43,743 bases of DNA from a virus (taxonomy: Duplodnaviria > Heunggongvirae > Uroviricota > Caudoviricetes): IMG/VR virus record IMGVR_UViG_2711768004_000006; one strand, written 5' to 3'. A model generated the notes under the pieces. The model was not told the origin of the DNA, did not search any database, and worked only from the letters and a program-made list of their open reading frames with translations. Positions 8,860-18,828 of the stretch are shown here, piece after piece. Within the stretch, counting starts at the first letter, position 1. Each line of letters begins with the position of its first letter. The position numbers were made by a program, and so were the translations under genes.

Positions 8860-9426
8860 TCACGGTACTTTTGGTGACGGAGCTGGTGAGGCAGGAAAAT
8901 AACGATAAAGGGTGGAAAGGCCAATATCAAATATCAGTGCGATTTGTTTACGGGACTCGCCATTAGCCAGCAAACGGGCGATTTGCTCCCGCTCTTTCTC
9001 TGTCAGTTTCTGAGGTCTGCCGCCATGACGCCCCTGAGCACGGGCAGCAGCAAGACCCGCGCGTGTACGTTCAATAATGAGTTCCCGCTCCATTTCCGCC
9101 AGCGCGCCCATTATATGGAAAAAGAAACGTCCCATGGGAGTGGATGTATCAATATTGTCCGTAATGCTGCGGAAGTTAACGCCGCGTTGCCGGAGTTCTT
9201 CTGTTAAAAGGACAAGGTGCTGCATACTGCGTCCAAGGCGATCCAGTTTCCAGACCAGCAGGGTATCCCCTGGCCGGAGTCGCTTTAATGCGCGTTTAAG
9301 TCCGGGACGCTCCCTTGTCTTACCGCTTATTCTGTCTTCGAAAAACAGCTCACATCCTGCACATTCCAGCGCATTTCTTTGTAGCGCCGTATTCTGGTCA
9401 TTTGTTGACACCCTGATATACCCAAT
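8860..9426 (-). CDS. gin: Gin/Pin/Hin-family serine DNA invertase (5' end lost in assembly gap)
   Basis: IGYIRVSTNDQNTALQRNAL...GDTLLVWKLDRLGRSMQHL...MGRFFFHIMGALAEMERELIIERT; the open frame reaches the N-run at 9427, so the true start is inside the gap. Confidence 0.9.
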   Translation of the reverse strand: MGYIRVSTNDQNTALQRNALECAGCELFFEDRISGKTRERPGLKRALKRLRPGDTLLVWKLDRLGRSMQHLVLLTEELRQRGVNFRSITDNIDTSTPMGRFFFHIMGALAEMERELIIERTRAGLAAARAQGRHGGRPQKLTEKEREQIARLLANGESRKQIALIFDIGLSTLYRYFPASPAPSPKVP

Positions 9427-9686
9427 NNNNNNNNNNNNNNNNNNNNNNNNNNNNNNNNNNNNNNNNNNNNNNNNNNNNNNNNNNNNNNNNNNNNNNNNNN
9501 NNNNNNNNNNNNNNNNNNNNNNNNNNNNNNNNNNNNNNNNNNNNNNNNNNNNNNNNNNNNNNNNNNNNNNNNNNNNNNNNNNNNNNNNNNNNNNNNNNNN
9601 NNNNNNNNNNNNNNNNNNNNNNNNNNNNNNNNNNNNNNNNNNNNNNNNNNNNNNNNNNNNNNNNNNNNNNNNNNNNNNNNNNNNNN
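9427..9686. other. Assembly gap (N-run)
   Basis: 260 N. Confidence 0.95.
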
Positions 9687-9725
9687 CAGGATATCACTAT
9701 CTCATCAGGAACAGTAACCGCCATA

Positions 9726-9920
9726 AGACTGGGGTCGGTGACCGCACATATGCCCGGAACATGGGAAAGCTGGGATCTGAATCTGGGGGGCGGCAATGTT
9801 CTTACCGGAATTAAAGTACAGGATGTCGGTAAGAATACGGCAGATAACGTCGGCGGCGTGTATTACCGGCCGTTGCAGTATCTGTTAAATGGAGCATGGG
9901 TGACGGCTGCAAGTATATAA
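9726..9920 (+). CDS. Alternative tail-fiber C-terminal segment (Sv'-like), inverted relative to S
   Basis: Ends ...GGVYYRPLQYLLNGAWVTAASI, paralogous to the S C-terminus ...FIAFRPLQKLVGGTWITVSQL; opposite strand, convergent with U; in-frame stop at 9723. Confidence 0.4.
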   Translation, partial: RLGSVTAHMPGTWESWDLNLGGGNVLTGIKVQDVGKNTADNVGGVYYRPLQYLLNGAWVTAASI

Positions 9921-9951
9921 TGATATTCAGAAGGCCTTCCGGCCTTCTTTA

Positions 9952-10473
9952 TTACTGTGGCTGCTCAGGCCATTTAATGGCGTTAAATTCAGCTTCTGTT
10001 TTAATGGCGGGTAGTTCCATTTTCTTCACCTGACTGATGTATGCCATCCATTGGGTAAGTGCTGCTCTGTCTTCATCGCTGATGGTGCCCAGTTGTAGCT
10101 CCGTTCTCCAGTCATTAATTTTTTCATATGCCTGATTAAGATATGACTGGCGCATTGCTTCCAGTTTTCTTGCGTAGTTAACCGGAATACGGGAGATTAT
10201 GCCATTATCAAACTTCCAGTTTCCTGAAATATCCGTGCCTTCAGGGAGTTCATCGACCTCAACCACAGAAAACCCCGCAGGATACAGCGCCGAGGCGTCC
10301 TGTGATATTGAGCAGATAACGCCGCTGTCAGGTGTTATGCAAAGTTTATATTTTTTGGTGAATAATGGCAGGGATTCGTAGAAATCCTTACCATCTTCAC
10401 TCTGGAAATACTGAACATTATTACCATATGGCATATTTTCAGGATAATAACGGGTTATATTTTTTAGTTCCAT
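9952..10473 (-). CDS. Tail fiber assembly protein (Mu U-like)
   Basis: 173-aa ORF directly downstream of the fiber C-terminus, inside the invertible segment. Confidence 0.7.
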   Translation of the reverse strand: MELKNITRYYPENMPYGNNVQYFQSEDGKDFYESLPLFTKKYKLCITPDSGVICSISQDASALYPAGFSVVEVDELPEGTDISGNWKFDNGIISRIPVNYARKLEAMRQSYLNQAYEKINDWRTELQLGTISDEDRAALTQWMAYISQVKKMELPAIKTEAEFNAIKWPEQPQ

Positions 10474-10524
10474 AAAATCCTCCTGGAAATAAATCTGTTT
10501 TAAAATATATTATTTACTGACTAT

Positions 10525-11453
10525 TTATAACTGAGATACCGTAATCCATGTACCTCCGACTAATTTTTGCAGGGGTCTGAATGCTATAAAATCGTTTGAA
10601 GCATCAACTTTACTGTCAATCTGCAGGCCTGCCATAACATTACCGTACGCAGAGTAATATGCCCCACCGTACATTACCTGCCTGTTCTCTGCTCCCAGCC
10701 TGATATCCTGGATATATCGGGAATCCGCATCCTGCTGTGTTATACCAGAAGTGATGTTTATGTCCTGCGTCCCGTCAAAGGGAACACCATTAATTGTGTG
10801 GGCATTTGCCAGCCTGTTCGCGGCAACGGCGGTGCCGTCCGATGGCAGNNNNNNNNNNNNNNNNNNNNNNNNNNNNNNNNNNNNNNNNNNNNNNNNNNNN
10901 NNNNNNNNNNNNNNNNNNNNNNNNNNNNNNNNNNNNNNNNNNNNNNNNNNNNNNNNNNNNNNNNNNNNNNNNNNNNNNNNNNNNNNNNNNNNNNNNNNNN
11001 NNNNNNNNNNNNNNNNNNNNNNNNNNNNNNNNNNNNNNNNNNNNNNNNNNNNNNNNNNNNNNNNNNNNNNNNNNNNNNNNNNNNNNNGTCAGCGGGACCA
11101 AGACTGTTTTTTGTGGCAAGCGTCCCCAGACCAAGATAACCACGGGCCAGACGCTGGGCCTCCGCACCGGCATCAGCAATTTCTTTCAGGTTATTTTTCC
11201 GGGAAAAGGCATTCGCAGCGATAATGGCTTTAATGGACAGCGTAAGCTGGTTTAACTGCGCCTTATCCGGCTGAATACTGGCTTCAGCCAGAATATTCAG
11301 CAGTTCGGCCTGGAGAATATTCAGCCAGTCCTGACCAATCCAGCTGATACCTTTTTGTCCGTCACCTTCGGTAAACCAGGTGGTGGTATTACTCTGCGCC
11401 GGTGCCAGCGCAGGCATATTCGCCACGCCGGAATTATTATCAACATGAAACAT
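10525..11453 (-). CDS. Tail fiber protein (Mu S-like), interrupted by assembly gap
   Basis: N-terminus MFHVDNNSGVANMP...TTTWFTEGDGQKGISWIG; after the gap the frame ending at 10525 reads LANAHTINGVPFDGTQDINITSG...RPLQKLVGGTWITVSQL. The track ORF 10758-11453 joins the wrong frame across the N-run. Confidence 0.7.
10849..11087. other. Assembly gap (N-run)
   Basis: 239 N. Confidence 0.95.
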
Positions 11454-12013
11454 TAAATAGTCTCCTCTTCATGGCTGTTTGCATAAACGTAAATAAACGT
11501 CTGCCATGCAGGCTTATAACGGTTCAGAATACATTCCAGCGCACCGCCTTCATAAATACGCAGCGGCGTGAGAATATCATCCAGCACATTCATATTCCGG
11601 TAGCCGGTTTCACTGTTAATCGTGACAATACTGACCCACTGCGAATCCGGTGAGGGCTGAATGTCAATCTGATAACCAAACTCCGCCGCAAACCGGATAT
11701 AAAATTCACGGTTCAGCGAGGGCTTCATCCGGTATTTATTTCCGGCATAACGCTGTCGCTCCGTGAGGGTGGCTCCGGCCATATCACACTCGGGAAGCCC
11801 GAGATAACGCTCCCAGTCTTCCAGCAGCAGGCGCGACGTGTCAGGGAAACGCTCGGCAAGCAGCTGTTTACCCGTCCAGGATACACGCGCTGTCGAATGA
11901 CTGAGGCCCAGACATAATGATGCCAGTACGGATGACGGACGCTTGTCCCATGCCAGCCCGTCAGGCAGTAACTGCAACAGGGCGCGCTGATGCGGGGTCA
12001 GGGTTACAGCCAT
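11453..12013 (-). CDS. Phage tail protein (Mu gp48-like)
   Basis: 186-aa ORF between baseplate J-like gene and tail fiber; ATGA overlap with S. Confidence 0.65.
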   Translation of the reverse strand: MAVTLTPHQRALLQLLPDGLAWDKRPSSVLASLCLGLSHSTARVSWTGKQLLAERFPDTSRLLLEDWERYLGLPECDMAGATLTERQRYAGNKYRMKPSLNREFYIRFAAEFGYQIDIQPSPDSQWVSIVTINSETGYRNMNVLDDILTPLRIYEGGALECILNRYKPAWQTFIYVYANSHEEETI

Positions 12014-13086
12014 GTGATTTCTCCTACCGTCAGCAGCTCACTGTCTCCCGCCTGAACTGACGTCAGCGGACTGCGCACTTCAAAATCCTCCAGATTTTTC
12101 ACCCCTGCCACCGCCCGCCAGAAAGACGACGGCAGAACCAGACCGCCGGGCCGGGATTCGTTATACAACAGGTCGGTCAGCGCCTGTTTTACGGCCGCCT
12201 GATTCTCCGGTGTTTTCGGGATGATCCTGATGCTGAAGGGCACCGGCTTATTGGTCAGTTTAAACACGGTCACCGTCGGCCCCAGAGGCTGTCCGACAGG
12301 CTGGCCGGTCGCCGGATCATCATGACTGCGGATATAATCCGCCACCCGCTGAACATCACCGTCACCGGGGAAAATATCCGGGTTATTATCCTGAACAAAC
12401 GTTACCCCCACGCTGCCCGCCTGCGGCCATTCCGGGCGGCACCATGCCCGCGTCACGCCCGGCACTTCACGCGCCCAGCGTTCAAAATCATACTGCGTGC
12501 CGCCGGACGGTGGATTCTGCACCCGGAAAACCAGACGGGAAAGCAGCTCCGGCACGGTTTCCACATCCGCACCACCGGTGATCCCCGTTCCGGTCACCGT
12601 GGCCGTCTGGTTGATCCCCGCCTGCGGTGTGATAAATGTCAGTTTTGTCCCTGCCGGGGCATTCCCCGCACGACCGGCACTTTCGGCTTCCACACTGACA
12701 TTCAGCGTACCGGCCTTACCGGTCAGGGAGGTGGTGATACGGTAAACCACGCCATCACTTCGCTGGAGAAGCACACCTTCCTTGATCCCCGCATCCGTGG
12801 TCAGCATCAGCTGAACCGGCCCGTCCCCCCGAGAGGCAGGCTTACGCATGACGCCCCAGAATGCACAGTGTTTCAGCAGTTCGGCTTCATCGGCTTCGGT
12901 CGGGATGATCTGACGCGCAATCCAGGCCAGATGCTCATGCTCCTGAGCAGATAACCCTGCCTGAGCGTAAGCAATGGCATTCAGGGTGGTTTCATTCACA
13001 CCCGGCTGCGAGCCGGGCAGGCGCTGGCTGATATCCTGCTGTGTCTGCGTGATTAACTGTGCCAGCGGTAAAGGCTGATAAGGCAT
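12004..13086 (-). CDS. Baseplate J-like protein (Mu gp47-like)
   Basis: 360-aa ORF in conserved baseplate position. Confidence 0.8.
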   Translation of the reverse strand: MPYQPLPLAQLITQTQQDISQRLPGSQPGVNETTLNAIAYAQAGLSAQEHEHLAWIARQIIPTEADEAELLKHCAFWGVMRKPASRGDGPVQLMLTTDAGIKEGVLLQRSDGVVYRITTSLTGKAGTLNVSVEAESAGRAGNAPAGTKLTFITPQAGINQTATVTGTGITGGADVETVPELLSRLVFRVQNPPSGGTQYDFERWAREVPGVTRAWCRPEWPQAGSVGVTFVQDNNPDIFPGDGDVQRVADYIRSHDDPATGQPVGQPLGPTVTVFKLTNKPVPFSIRIIPKTPENQAAVKQALTDLLYNESRPGGLVLPSSFWRAVAGVKNLEDFEVRSPLTSVQAGDSELLTVGEITWL

Positions 13087-13526
13087 TACTCCCCCTTAAG
13101 ATCAGCATAAAAAATCATGGGCCTCACTGAACCATCAGGCAGGGTTATGCGCACCGAAAGCGCCAGCCGCGCGTGTCCCACACGTTCTGCATGACAGACC
13201 ACGGATGACGCCACGCCATCCTGACTGAGCCAGCCCAGCGCCTCATCCGCGTAAGCACGGGCACGGCTTATCACCGAGGCCAGCGTTTTTTCCCGGCTGA
13301 GAAGCCACAGACGGGAGCCAATGGGGCGCGGGCGAAAACTGTCTCCCCACCATCCCCGGCGGTCGCGCGTACCGTCAGGGATTTCATCCGATGCCAGCGC
13401 CCGGCGGTCAGTAAACAGCGAAATCAGAACGGCCGTCAGCAGACTGTCATCCGTCAGCAAGTCGGCACCGTTCAGTTGCAGCGAACCGCACCCCTGATCC
13501 CATACAATTGCAATATCAGCCATTCT
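13086..13526 (-). CDS. Baseplate protein (Mu gp46-like)
   Basis: Start at internal ATG (MADIAIVWDQ...) preceded by GGAG and overlapping the upstream stop; track start at 13667 is probably too long. Confidence 0.65.
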   Translation of the reverse strand, partial: RMADIAIVWDQGCGSLQLNGADLLTDDSLLTAVLISLFTDRRALASDEIPDGTRDRRGWWGDSFRPRPIGSRLWLLSREKTLASVISRARAYADEALGWLSQDGVASSVVCHAERVGHARLALSVRITLPDGSVRPMIFYADLKGE

Positions 13527-14130
13527 CCGGCGCTCCTGTCTTACTGCCTTTGCCGTTATCCTGATGCACATGGCCGGAATAGGTGATCCCGGCAATAACG
13601 GCATCAGACATCGTGAACAGCCCGTCTGATTTACCTGTACCATCAAGCACGAAATTACCCTTAACATGCAGGTTTTTATCCACCGTCACATTGCCCGTAA
13701 AGGTGGCCTCCGGCGTATCCACCCGCATCCCCTCATCGGCGTAAATCTCCAGCATTTTGCATGTCACAATAATGCGACCATCCTTTGTTAACCGTATCCG
13801 GTGCCCCTCATGGTGATACACCCCCGTATCTCCGGCTGTGAGTCCGGTCGGGCGGCTGCGCCGGTCTTCCACCACAAGCACCACAGTCTGATCCCGCTGT
13901 CCGCCCAGACAGGCAAAAAAGGTTTCCGCACCCGGCAGGGGAACGCTGATCTGCCCGTACTGCTGGGGACGCTCCACATCATCAAAGGTTTCGCCGTCCA
14001 TGCCGGTGAGCTGCACATTCTGCATTTTCAGTTCGTCATGTGTGCCGGTCAGAACGCCCCGGCCAAACAACAGGCGAATACCGCGCGTTACCGGGGCAAT
14101 CAGGCGGCTGAACACTTCATCATTCATCAA
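13516..14130 (-). CDS. Baseplate assembly/spike protein V (Mu gp45-like)
   Basis: 204-aa ORF, synteny. Confidence 0.7.
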   Translation of the reverse strand: MMNDEVFSRLIAPVTRGIRLLFGRGVLTGTHDELKMQNVQLTGMDGETFDDVERPQQYGQISVPLPGAETFFACLGGQRDQTVVLVVEDRRSRPTGLTAGDTGVYHHEGHRIRLTKDGRIIVTCKMLEIYADEGMRVDTPEATFTGNVTVDKNLHVKGNFVLDGTGKSDGLFTMSDAVIAGITYSGHVHQDNGKGSKTGAPENG

Positions 14131-15244
14131 AGCTGATCCCCTGTTTTTTCATCTGCTGGCGAATAAAGGCATCAACATCGTCACCGGAACCACCCCGGCC
14201 CTTACTGTCCGGCTCTGCCGGAACGATAAAGCCGTCACGCGGTGCCAGTACCAGCCGGGTGACTTCCCCGTTATGTTCATCAAGTAAAAACTCCACCTGA
14301 CAGACCAGCAGTTCAGTCTGTTCTATACCGAAACGCAGGGCTGAAACACCGGTCAGCAGATTGACATCCCATAACCGGCCATCATCCCGGAACCAGCCAC
14401 GCACGGTGGCAGAAAACCGTTCTGAACGGGCAATCGCACGGCGCATTTCACGCAGGGCACGCTGCCGTGCACCGGTGGTGTCTGTCTGTTGATCGGCGAG
14501 GATGATTTTCGACCGGTAGCGGCCGATCTGCTCATCACTGATGACGCCCACAGGTGCTGCCAGACGGGCGGCGGATTCGCTGTCTCCCCGTTTGCCACCA
14601 CCGCGCCCGTGTCCCCGGACACGGTATTCGCTGTATCGTCCTCGCCAGTCCGTGTTGTAATCGGCATCAAGCAGGTTATCTCCCAGCACCAGTCTGTCCG
14701 TCTGCTGGCTTCCTGCCTGGGTGAACACCAGATCGCCGTCAGCATTACTGGTCACCAGCACCCCGCGATGCCGGGCAGCACGGGTCAGCGCATCCGCCAC
14801 GGTTTCTGAGTTTTCCAGCGTAAAAGAGCTGAAGGGGCGTGCAGCCGTGTCGTCGTTAACCTGCCAGCGCACGGCTATCCCGAAGGGCGCACATAAATCT
14901 GCGGCAATCTGTGCCAGCGTCCGGTTGCGCCACTGGCTGCCGGGATGGATGGCGGCACAGTCCACCAGGTCGCCGGTTTTATCCCGACCGCTGATGCTGA
15001 TCTGATGACGGGTTGCACTGATCCGCTGACTGACCTGATCCAGCCAGCCACTGATGACCGTCTGCCCGTTAATTCTGAGCGTCAGGGACTGACCGGTTCG
15101 CAGGGCTGAGGGGATGCGCTCACCGGGCAGCATCAGCCCCAGTTCAAACGACCCGGCCAGATGCTCCAGCGAGCGACGGACGCTGACCGTCAGCCAGCCG
15201 GAAAAAATACTGCCACCGATATACAGTTCAATCCTGCTGCTCAC
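14120..15244 (-). CDS. Tail/baseplate hub protein P (Mu gp44-like)
   Basis: 374-aa ORF overlapping N; synteny. Confidence 0.7.
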   Translation of the reverse strand: MSSRIELYIGGSIFSGWLTVSVRRSLEHLAGSFELGLMLPGERIPSALRTGQSLTLRINGQTVISGWLDQVSQRISATRHQISISGRDKTGDLVDCAAIHPGSQWRNRTLAQIAADLCAPFGIAVRWQVNDDTAARPFSSFTLENSETVADALTRAARHRGVLVTSNADGDLVFTQAGSQQTDRLVLGDNLLDADYNTDWRGRYSEYRVRGHGRGGGKRGDSESAARLAAPVGVISDEQIGRYRSKIILADQQTDTTGARQRALREMRRAIARSERFSATVRGWFRDDGRLWDVNLLTGVSALRFGIEQTELLVCQVEFLLDEHNGEVTRLVLAPRDGFIVPAEPDSKGRGGSGDDVDAFIRQQMKKQGISFDE

Positions 15245-16586
15245 TGATCACCTCCACGCTGCGGCCACCCGGAACAAAAACCGGATCGGGGATATTGTTT
15301 CTGCGGACAAAATACTGCCAGCGACTGCTGTTGCCGGTGGCACGGTACAGCGTGACCAGTGCCGGTTCGGTGGTGCGAACCATGACCTGAAAAGCACCGG
15401 GAAGATGCACGCTCCGTGTGGTTAAATCTTCTGTCAGCGCAAGCCCTGCATCACGTAATGCAAGGGCAGTCCCGGTATAGCCCTGTGCGGACAGATCCAG
15501 CACCTGTTGTTCCATGGCATCGCTCAAATCCCGGTTGATACGCTGCACATCAGCAGAACTTTCCAGCCAGGCCAGTCCGCCCGAACGGTCAGTATCCTGA
15601 ACGTGCGTCGTATTCTGCCGGATGACCTGATCCAGCAGTTTTCCGAGCGTCTGTGCCTGCGACACCAGGGTTGCACTCTGCATCACGCTCCGCAGCAGAC
15701 GGATATTTTTCTGTGCCGCAGGCGTCAGGCCAATCAGGCGCTGTGGATCATCCTGTTCGCTGAGGGTGTAACGCAGGGAGGAAAGTGTGCGGTACAGCTG
15801 CGGCATGGCCTGCTCTGCCATGCTGTCACGGTTTGTGGTCAGGCTGCCGGACGGCGTTCCGGCTTTTCCGGTCAGAGACAGGGAAGGATCGCCGGGCAGC
15901 CCGGTCAGCACGGCAAACATTCCGGCCAGCGATTCAGCCATGCGACGGGGCGCATTAATCAGGGCGGCGGCATTGCCTTTCAGGGCAGTAAAACTGGCCG
16001 TAAAGGCACTGATATCCTGCACAATCCCCATCCCCGAAACGGCATTCTCCAGTGCATCAATCTTATCGCTGATGGTGTCGGTCATGGCCTGTACATCATG
16101 CAGACCGTCTGAAATCACCGTCCAGCCGTCTGAAAGCGTGTTAAACAGCTGATTCATTGCTGAGCCGCTTTTCTGCTCCAGCGCAGCTGCCGTATCTTCT
16201 GCCACCGCAGGGGCGGTATCGTCACTGGCGGGGATCACGTTGATCGTGAACTCAACCGTTCCCTGCTCGCTGGCGTTATAACGGCTTTCAAAGCTGTTTA
16301 TCAGCACGTTTAACGTGCCGTAATCCGGGTGCATCAGTTCACCGGCACCGGGTGCACGCAGCGCATCACGCAGGCGGCTTCGCTGTGTCTGAAGATCGTC
16401 TCCGGTCACCAGAACCGTGAATGTGAACTCCGGGAGTTTTGGCCCCAGATCATCCGCACCGCCGCTTTCACGCAGTGGGTATTCACGGCGCACAATGTTA
16501 CGTCCGCCCCGTTCCCGCTGCTCCTGATAAACCAGGAACGGTACGCCACGAAAGGAGCCACGCCCCGGCGTGTCAGTAGAGGCCAT
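15228..16586 (-). CDS. DNA circularization protein N (Mu gp43-like)
   Basis: 452-aa ORF directly after tape measure; N-terminus MASTDTPGRGSFRGVPFLVYQEQ... Confidence 0.75.
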   Translation of the reverse strand: MASTDTPGRGSFRGVPFLVYQEQRERGGRNIVRREYPLRESGGADDLGPKLPEFTFTVLVTGDDLQTQRSRLRDALRAPGAGELMHPDYGTLNVLINSFESRYNASEQGTVEFTINVIPASDDTAPAVAEDTAAALEQKSGSAMNQLFNTLSDGWTVISDGLHDVQAMTDTISDKIDALENAVSGMGIVQDISAFTASFTALKGNAAALINAPRRMAESLAGMFAVLTGLPGDPSLSLTGKAGTPSGSLTTNRDSMAEQAMPQLYRTLSSLRYTLSEQDDPQRLIGLTPAAQKNIRLLRSVMQSATLVSQAQTLGKLLDQVIRQNTTHVQDTDRSGGLAWLESSADVQRINRDLSDAMEQQVLDLSAQGYTGTALALRDAGLALTEDLTTRSVHLPGAFQVMVRTTEPALVTLYRATGNSSRWQYFVRRNNIPDPVFVPGGRSVEVISEQQD

Positions 16587-18630
16587 AGTTCCCTCCGTTC
16601 CAGACGTTCACATCCAGGCCATGCTGTGCGGTATCATCCACATCAATACTGCGCGCCCGCCAGCCTTCAGGGGCAACAAGCTCCACCCGTGCGGCGGTTT
16701 TCGCGGTGGCCTGTCCGCCGTTTTCGTCACTGCCGCCACGCAGTTTCTGCCAGGCCTGCGTCAGCCAGCCCCCCAGATAATCACCGAGATAGCTGCCCAC
16801 CGTGGAACCAATGGCAACCCCGACCGGACCGGCAGCCGCCCCCAGCGCGCCACCGGCGATACTTCCGGCAAGGGAACCCACGGCACCGGCTTTATCGGCT
16901 GCACTGGCGCTGCTGTCCAGCAGTACAGGAGCCGCCATGGCACCGGCCCACAGGGCACCACCACCCAGCCGACCGGCACCACGGAACAGCCCGGCAAAAC
17001 GCCCCAGCCCCATGCGGTTTCCGGCCGCCGTTAGCAGACCACCGGCACGGCTCATCATACGACCGAAGAAGCCCTGTTTACCGGCACTCTCCGCCAGTTG
17101 CTCACCGGCAGTCACGACGGTCGTGACACCCCGTCCACGTCCGGGGCCGCGTTTTTTACGGCCGCGCACGGTTTTGCCGTCACCGCTGACCACCACATCC
17201 CCGCCACCTGAGGCCAGGCCACCCGCAGGCCAATTGGTGACCAGCACGGGCTGAACGGCAGCCGGATTTACCCCGGTAAGGAAATTCAGGAACCGGCCAG
17301 CGCGTCCGGGCTGCGTTCCCGGTACAGTGGTCTGCGGTTTGCGGAAGGGCGACGTCAGCACGGAGGTCATCGCCATGCCATAGCGTAAGGGGGTTGCGCC
17401 GAGACGTAATGCCCCCGTCCCCGCAAACCTGAGCACCTTCAGCGCACGGGAGGCGAGATACATATACATCAGGTACTTTGCGGCGGTCTGCGCACCCTGA
17501 CCAATGCGATCCAGCGCATCGCCATAACCGGCGTCGCGCAGTGCCTGAAGCGTTTCCCTGACTTTCTGAATGACCCGGTAAAAGCCGGTCGCAGCGTCTC
17601 TGGCATACTCAAATCCCTGATTCAGGGCTGAGGCCGTCTGTGTGGCCAGCTTATCCTGTAAGCCGCTTTTCTGTGCCGCATCAGCATAATCCAGAAAGCC
17701 TTTCAGGCTCTTTTTCAGGCTGTCAAACGGTCCCTTTGCCATCACCTCGCGGGCAAATCCGTCCCAGACATCGCCCATCATGGACGTCATTCCCGTCCAG
17801 GAATTCATGGCGTTTTTCTGGGCACCTTTTGCCTGTTCGGCCATCACCTGAAATAACAGGCGAATGCTGTCCGGTCCCAGTTTTCCTTTCTCGCCTTTCT
17901 CACGGATGATCTTCTGGTTTACACCCAGCTTATCGGCCAGCAACTGGTAAACGTTAATCCCGTATCCGGTCAGAATATTGGCGTCCGCTGCCTGGATACT
18001 CTGGCGGGCAAACATCTGTTTGAGTTGCAGGGACGCACCCTGTGCATCTGACAGTGACCAGCCGTGATAGCCGCCCTGATCCTGAAGCATGGTAATAAAG
18101 CGACGGGCTTCCCTGTCACTCATACCGAACCCGCGACTGGAGGCGTATTCCTGCATAACCCCCGCCAGCCCCCAGGTGGTGTCTTTGGCGTTCTGTACCG
18201 CCCAGGCTTTCACTGCTTCCGTTTTTGCCGTATCGCCATGATTAATGGCGTTGAGACGCAGAATATAGTTCTCCATCTCTGCGGCCGGGCGGATAAAGGC
18301 TTTATTAAACCCGTAGACCGCAGCCCCTCCCGCCAGCATCCCGTAAAGGTTGCTTATCCGCCCGATGGTGCCGGTAATGCTGCCCTGAAGGCGGTCAAAA
18401 TCTGACGTCACCGTGCGGATACTGCCACGAACACCGGCAAGCGTTCGCTGCATACGGGAGCCGACAAGTTCTGTCTCCTGACCGGCACGACGTGCTGCAT
18501 TTCCAAGACCACCCAGCCCCGTCCTGCCGGAACGGGAGAATGCCCCCAGCTCCTGTGACCACTGGCGGGATTTGGCAGAAATATTGCCGAGTAAATCGAC
18601 AATCAGGGAGGCTTTCAGGTTTTTTGCCAT
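16573..18630 (-). CDS. Tail tape measure protein
   Basis: 685-aa ORF with Gly/Ala-rich C-terminal part, between chaperone and N. Confidence 0.85.
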   Translation of the reverse strand: MAKNLKASLIVDLLGNISAKSRQWSQELGAFSRSGRTGLGGLGNAARRAGQETELVGSRMQRTLAGVRGSIRTVTSDFDRLQGSITGTIGRISNLYGMLAGGAAVYGFNKAFIRPAAEMENYILRLNAINHGDTAKTEAVKAWAVQNAKDTTWGLAGVMQEYASSRGFGMSDREARRFITMLQDQGGYHGWSLSDAQGASLQLKQMFARQSIQAADANILTGYGINVYQLLADKLGVNQKIIREKGEKGKLGPDSIRLLFQVMAEQAKGAQKNAMNSWTGMTSMMGDVWDGFAREVMAKGPFDSLKKSLKGFLDYADAAQKSGLQDKLATQTASALNQGFEYARDAATGFYRVIQKVRETLQALRDAGYGDALDRIGQGAQTAAKYLMYMYLASRALKVLRFAGTGALRLGATPLRYGMAMTSVLTSPFRKPQTTVPGTQPGRAGRFLNFLTGVNPAAVQPVLVTNWPAGGLASGGGDVVVSGDGKTVRGRKKRGPGRGRGVTTVVTAGEQLAESAGKQGFFGRMMSRAGGLLTAAGNRMGLGRFAGLFRGAGRLGGGALWAGAMAAPVLLDSSASAADKAGAVGSLAGSIAGGALGAAAGPVGVAIGSTVGSYLGDYLGGWLTQAWQKLRGGSDENGGQATAKTAARVELVAPEGWRARSIDVDDTAQHGLDVNVWNGGNYGLY

Positions 18631-18633
18631 GGG

Positions 18634-18828
18634 TTACTGCTTCGTTCTGAGAATTTTTTCGGTCTGTCGGCAGTGCCGGTAAAGCTGCGATAAGGGGAGG
18701 TTAAGCGCCCACTCCGGGCCGCTTTTTGTCACCATCCCCAGCACAATTGCGGCTTCTTCAATCTGATCCCGGCACTGCATCTGGTCGCCCCCGTTCAGCG
18801 ACCAGCTTTCCGGCCATCGCGGAATCAA
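18634..18828 (-). CDS. Tail assembly chaperone frameshift extension (downstream overlapping frame)
   Basis: Overlaps the chaperone 3' end in the +1 frame and ends 4 nt before the tape measure start; overlap contains CGGGGGCG. Confidence 0.4.
   Translation of the reverse strand: MIPRWPESWSLNGGDQMQCRDQIEEAAIVLGMVTKSGPEWALNLPLSQLYRHCRQTEKILRTKQ

Noticed and set aside
9077-11255. ORF-track entries whose translations contain runs of X (9077-9814, 9398-9796, 10751-11224, 10790-11179, 10794-11255, 10798-11139) and the track's 10758-11453 frame
   Set aside because: They read through N-runs, so frame continuity across the gap is meaningless. The real fiber C-terminus is in a different frame ending at 10525.
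16329-17254. Long plus-strand ORFs (16329-17126, 16570-17034, 16802-17254) with Pro/Arg/Ala-rich translations
   Set aside because: Antisense to the GC-rich tape measure gene; composition artefact with no RBS or functional context.
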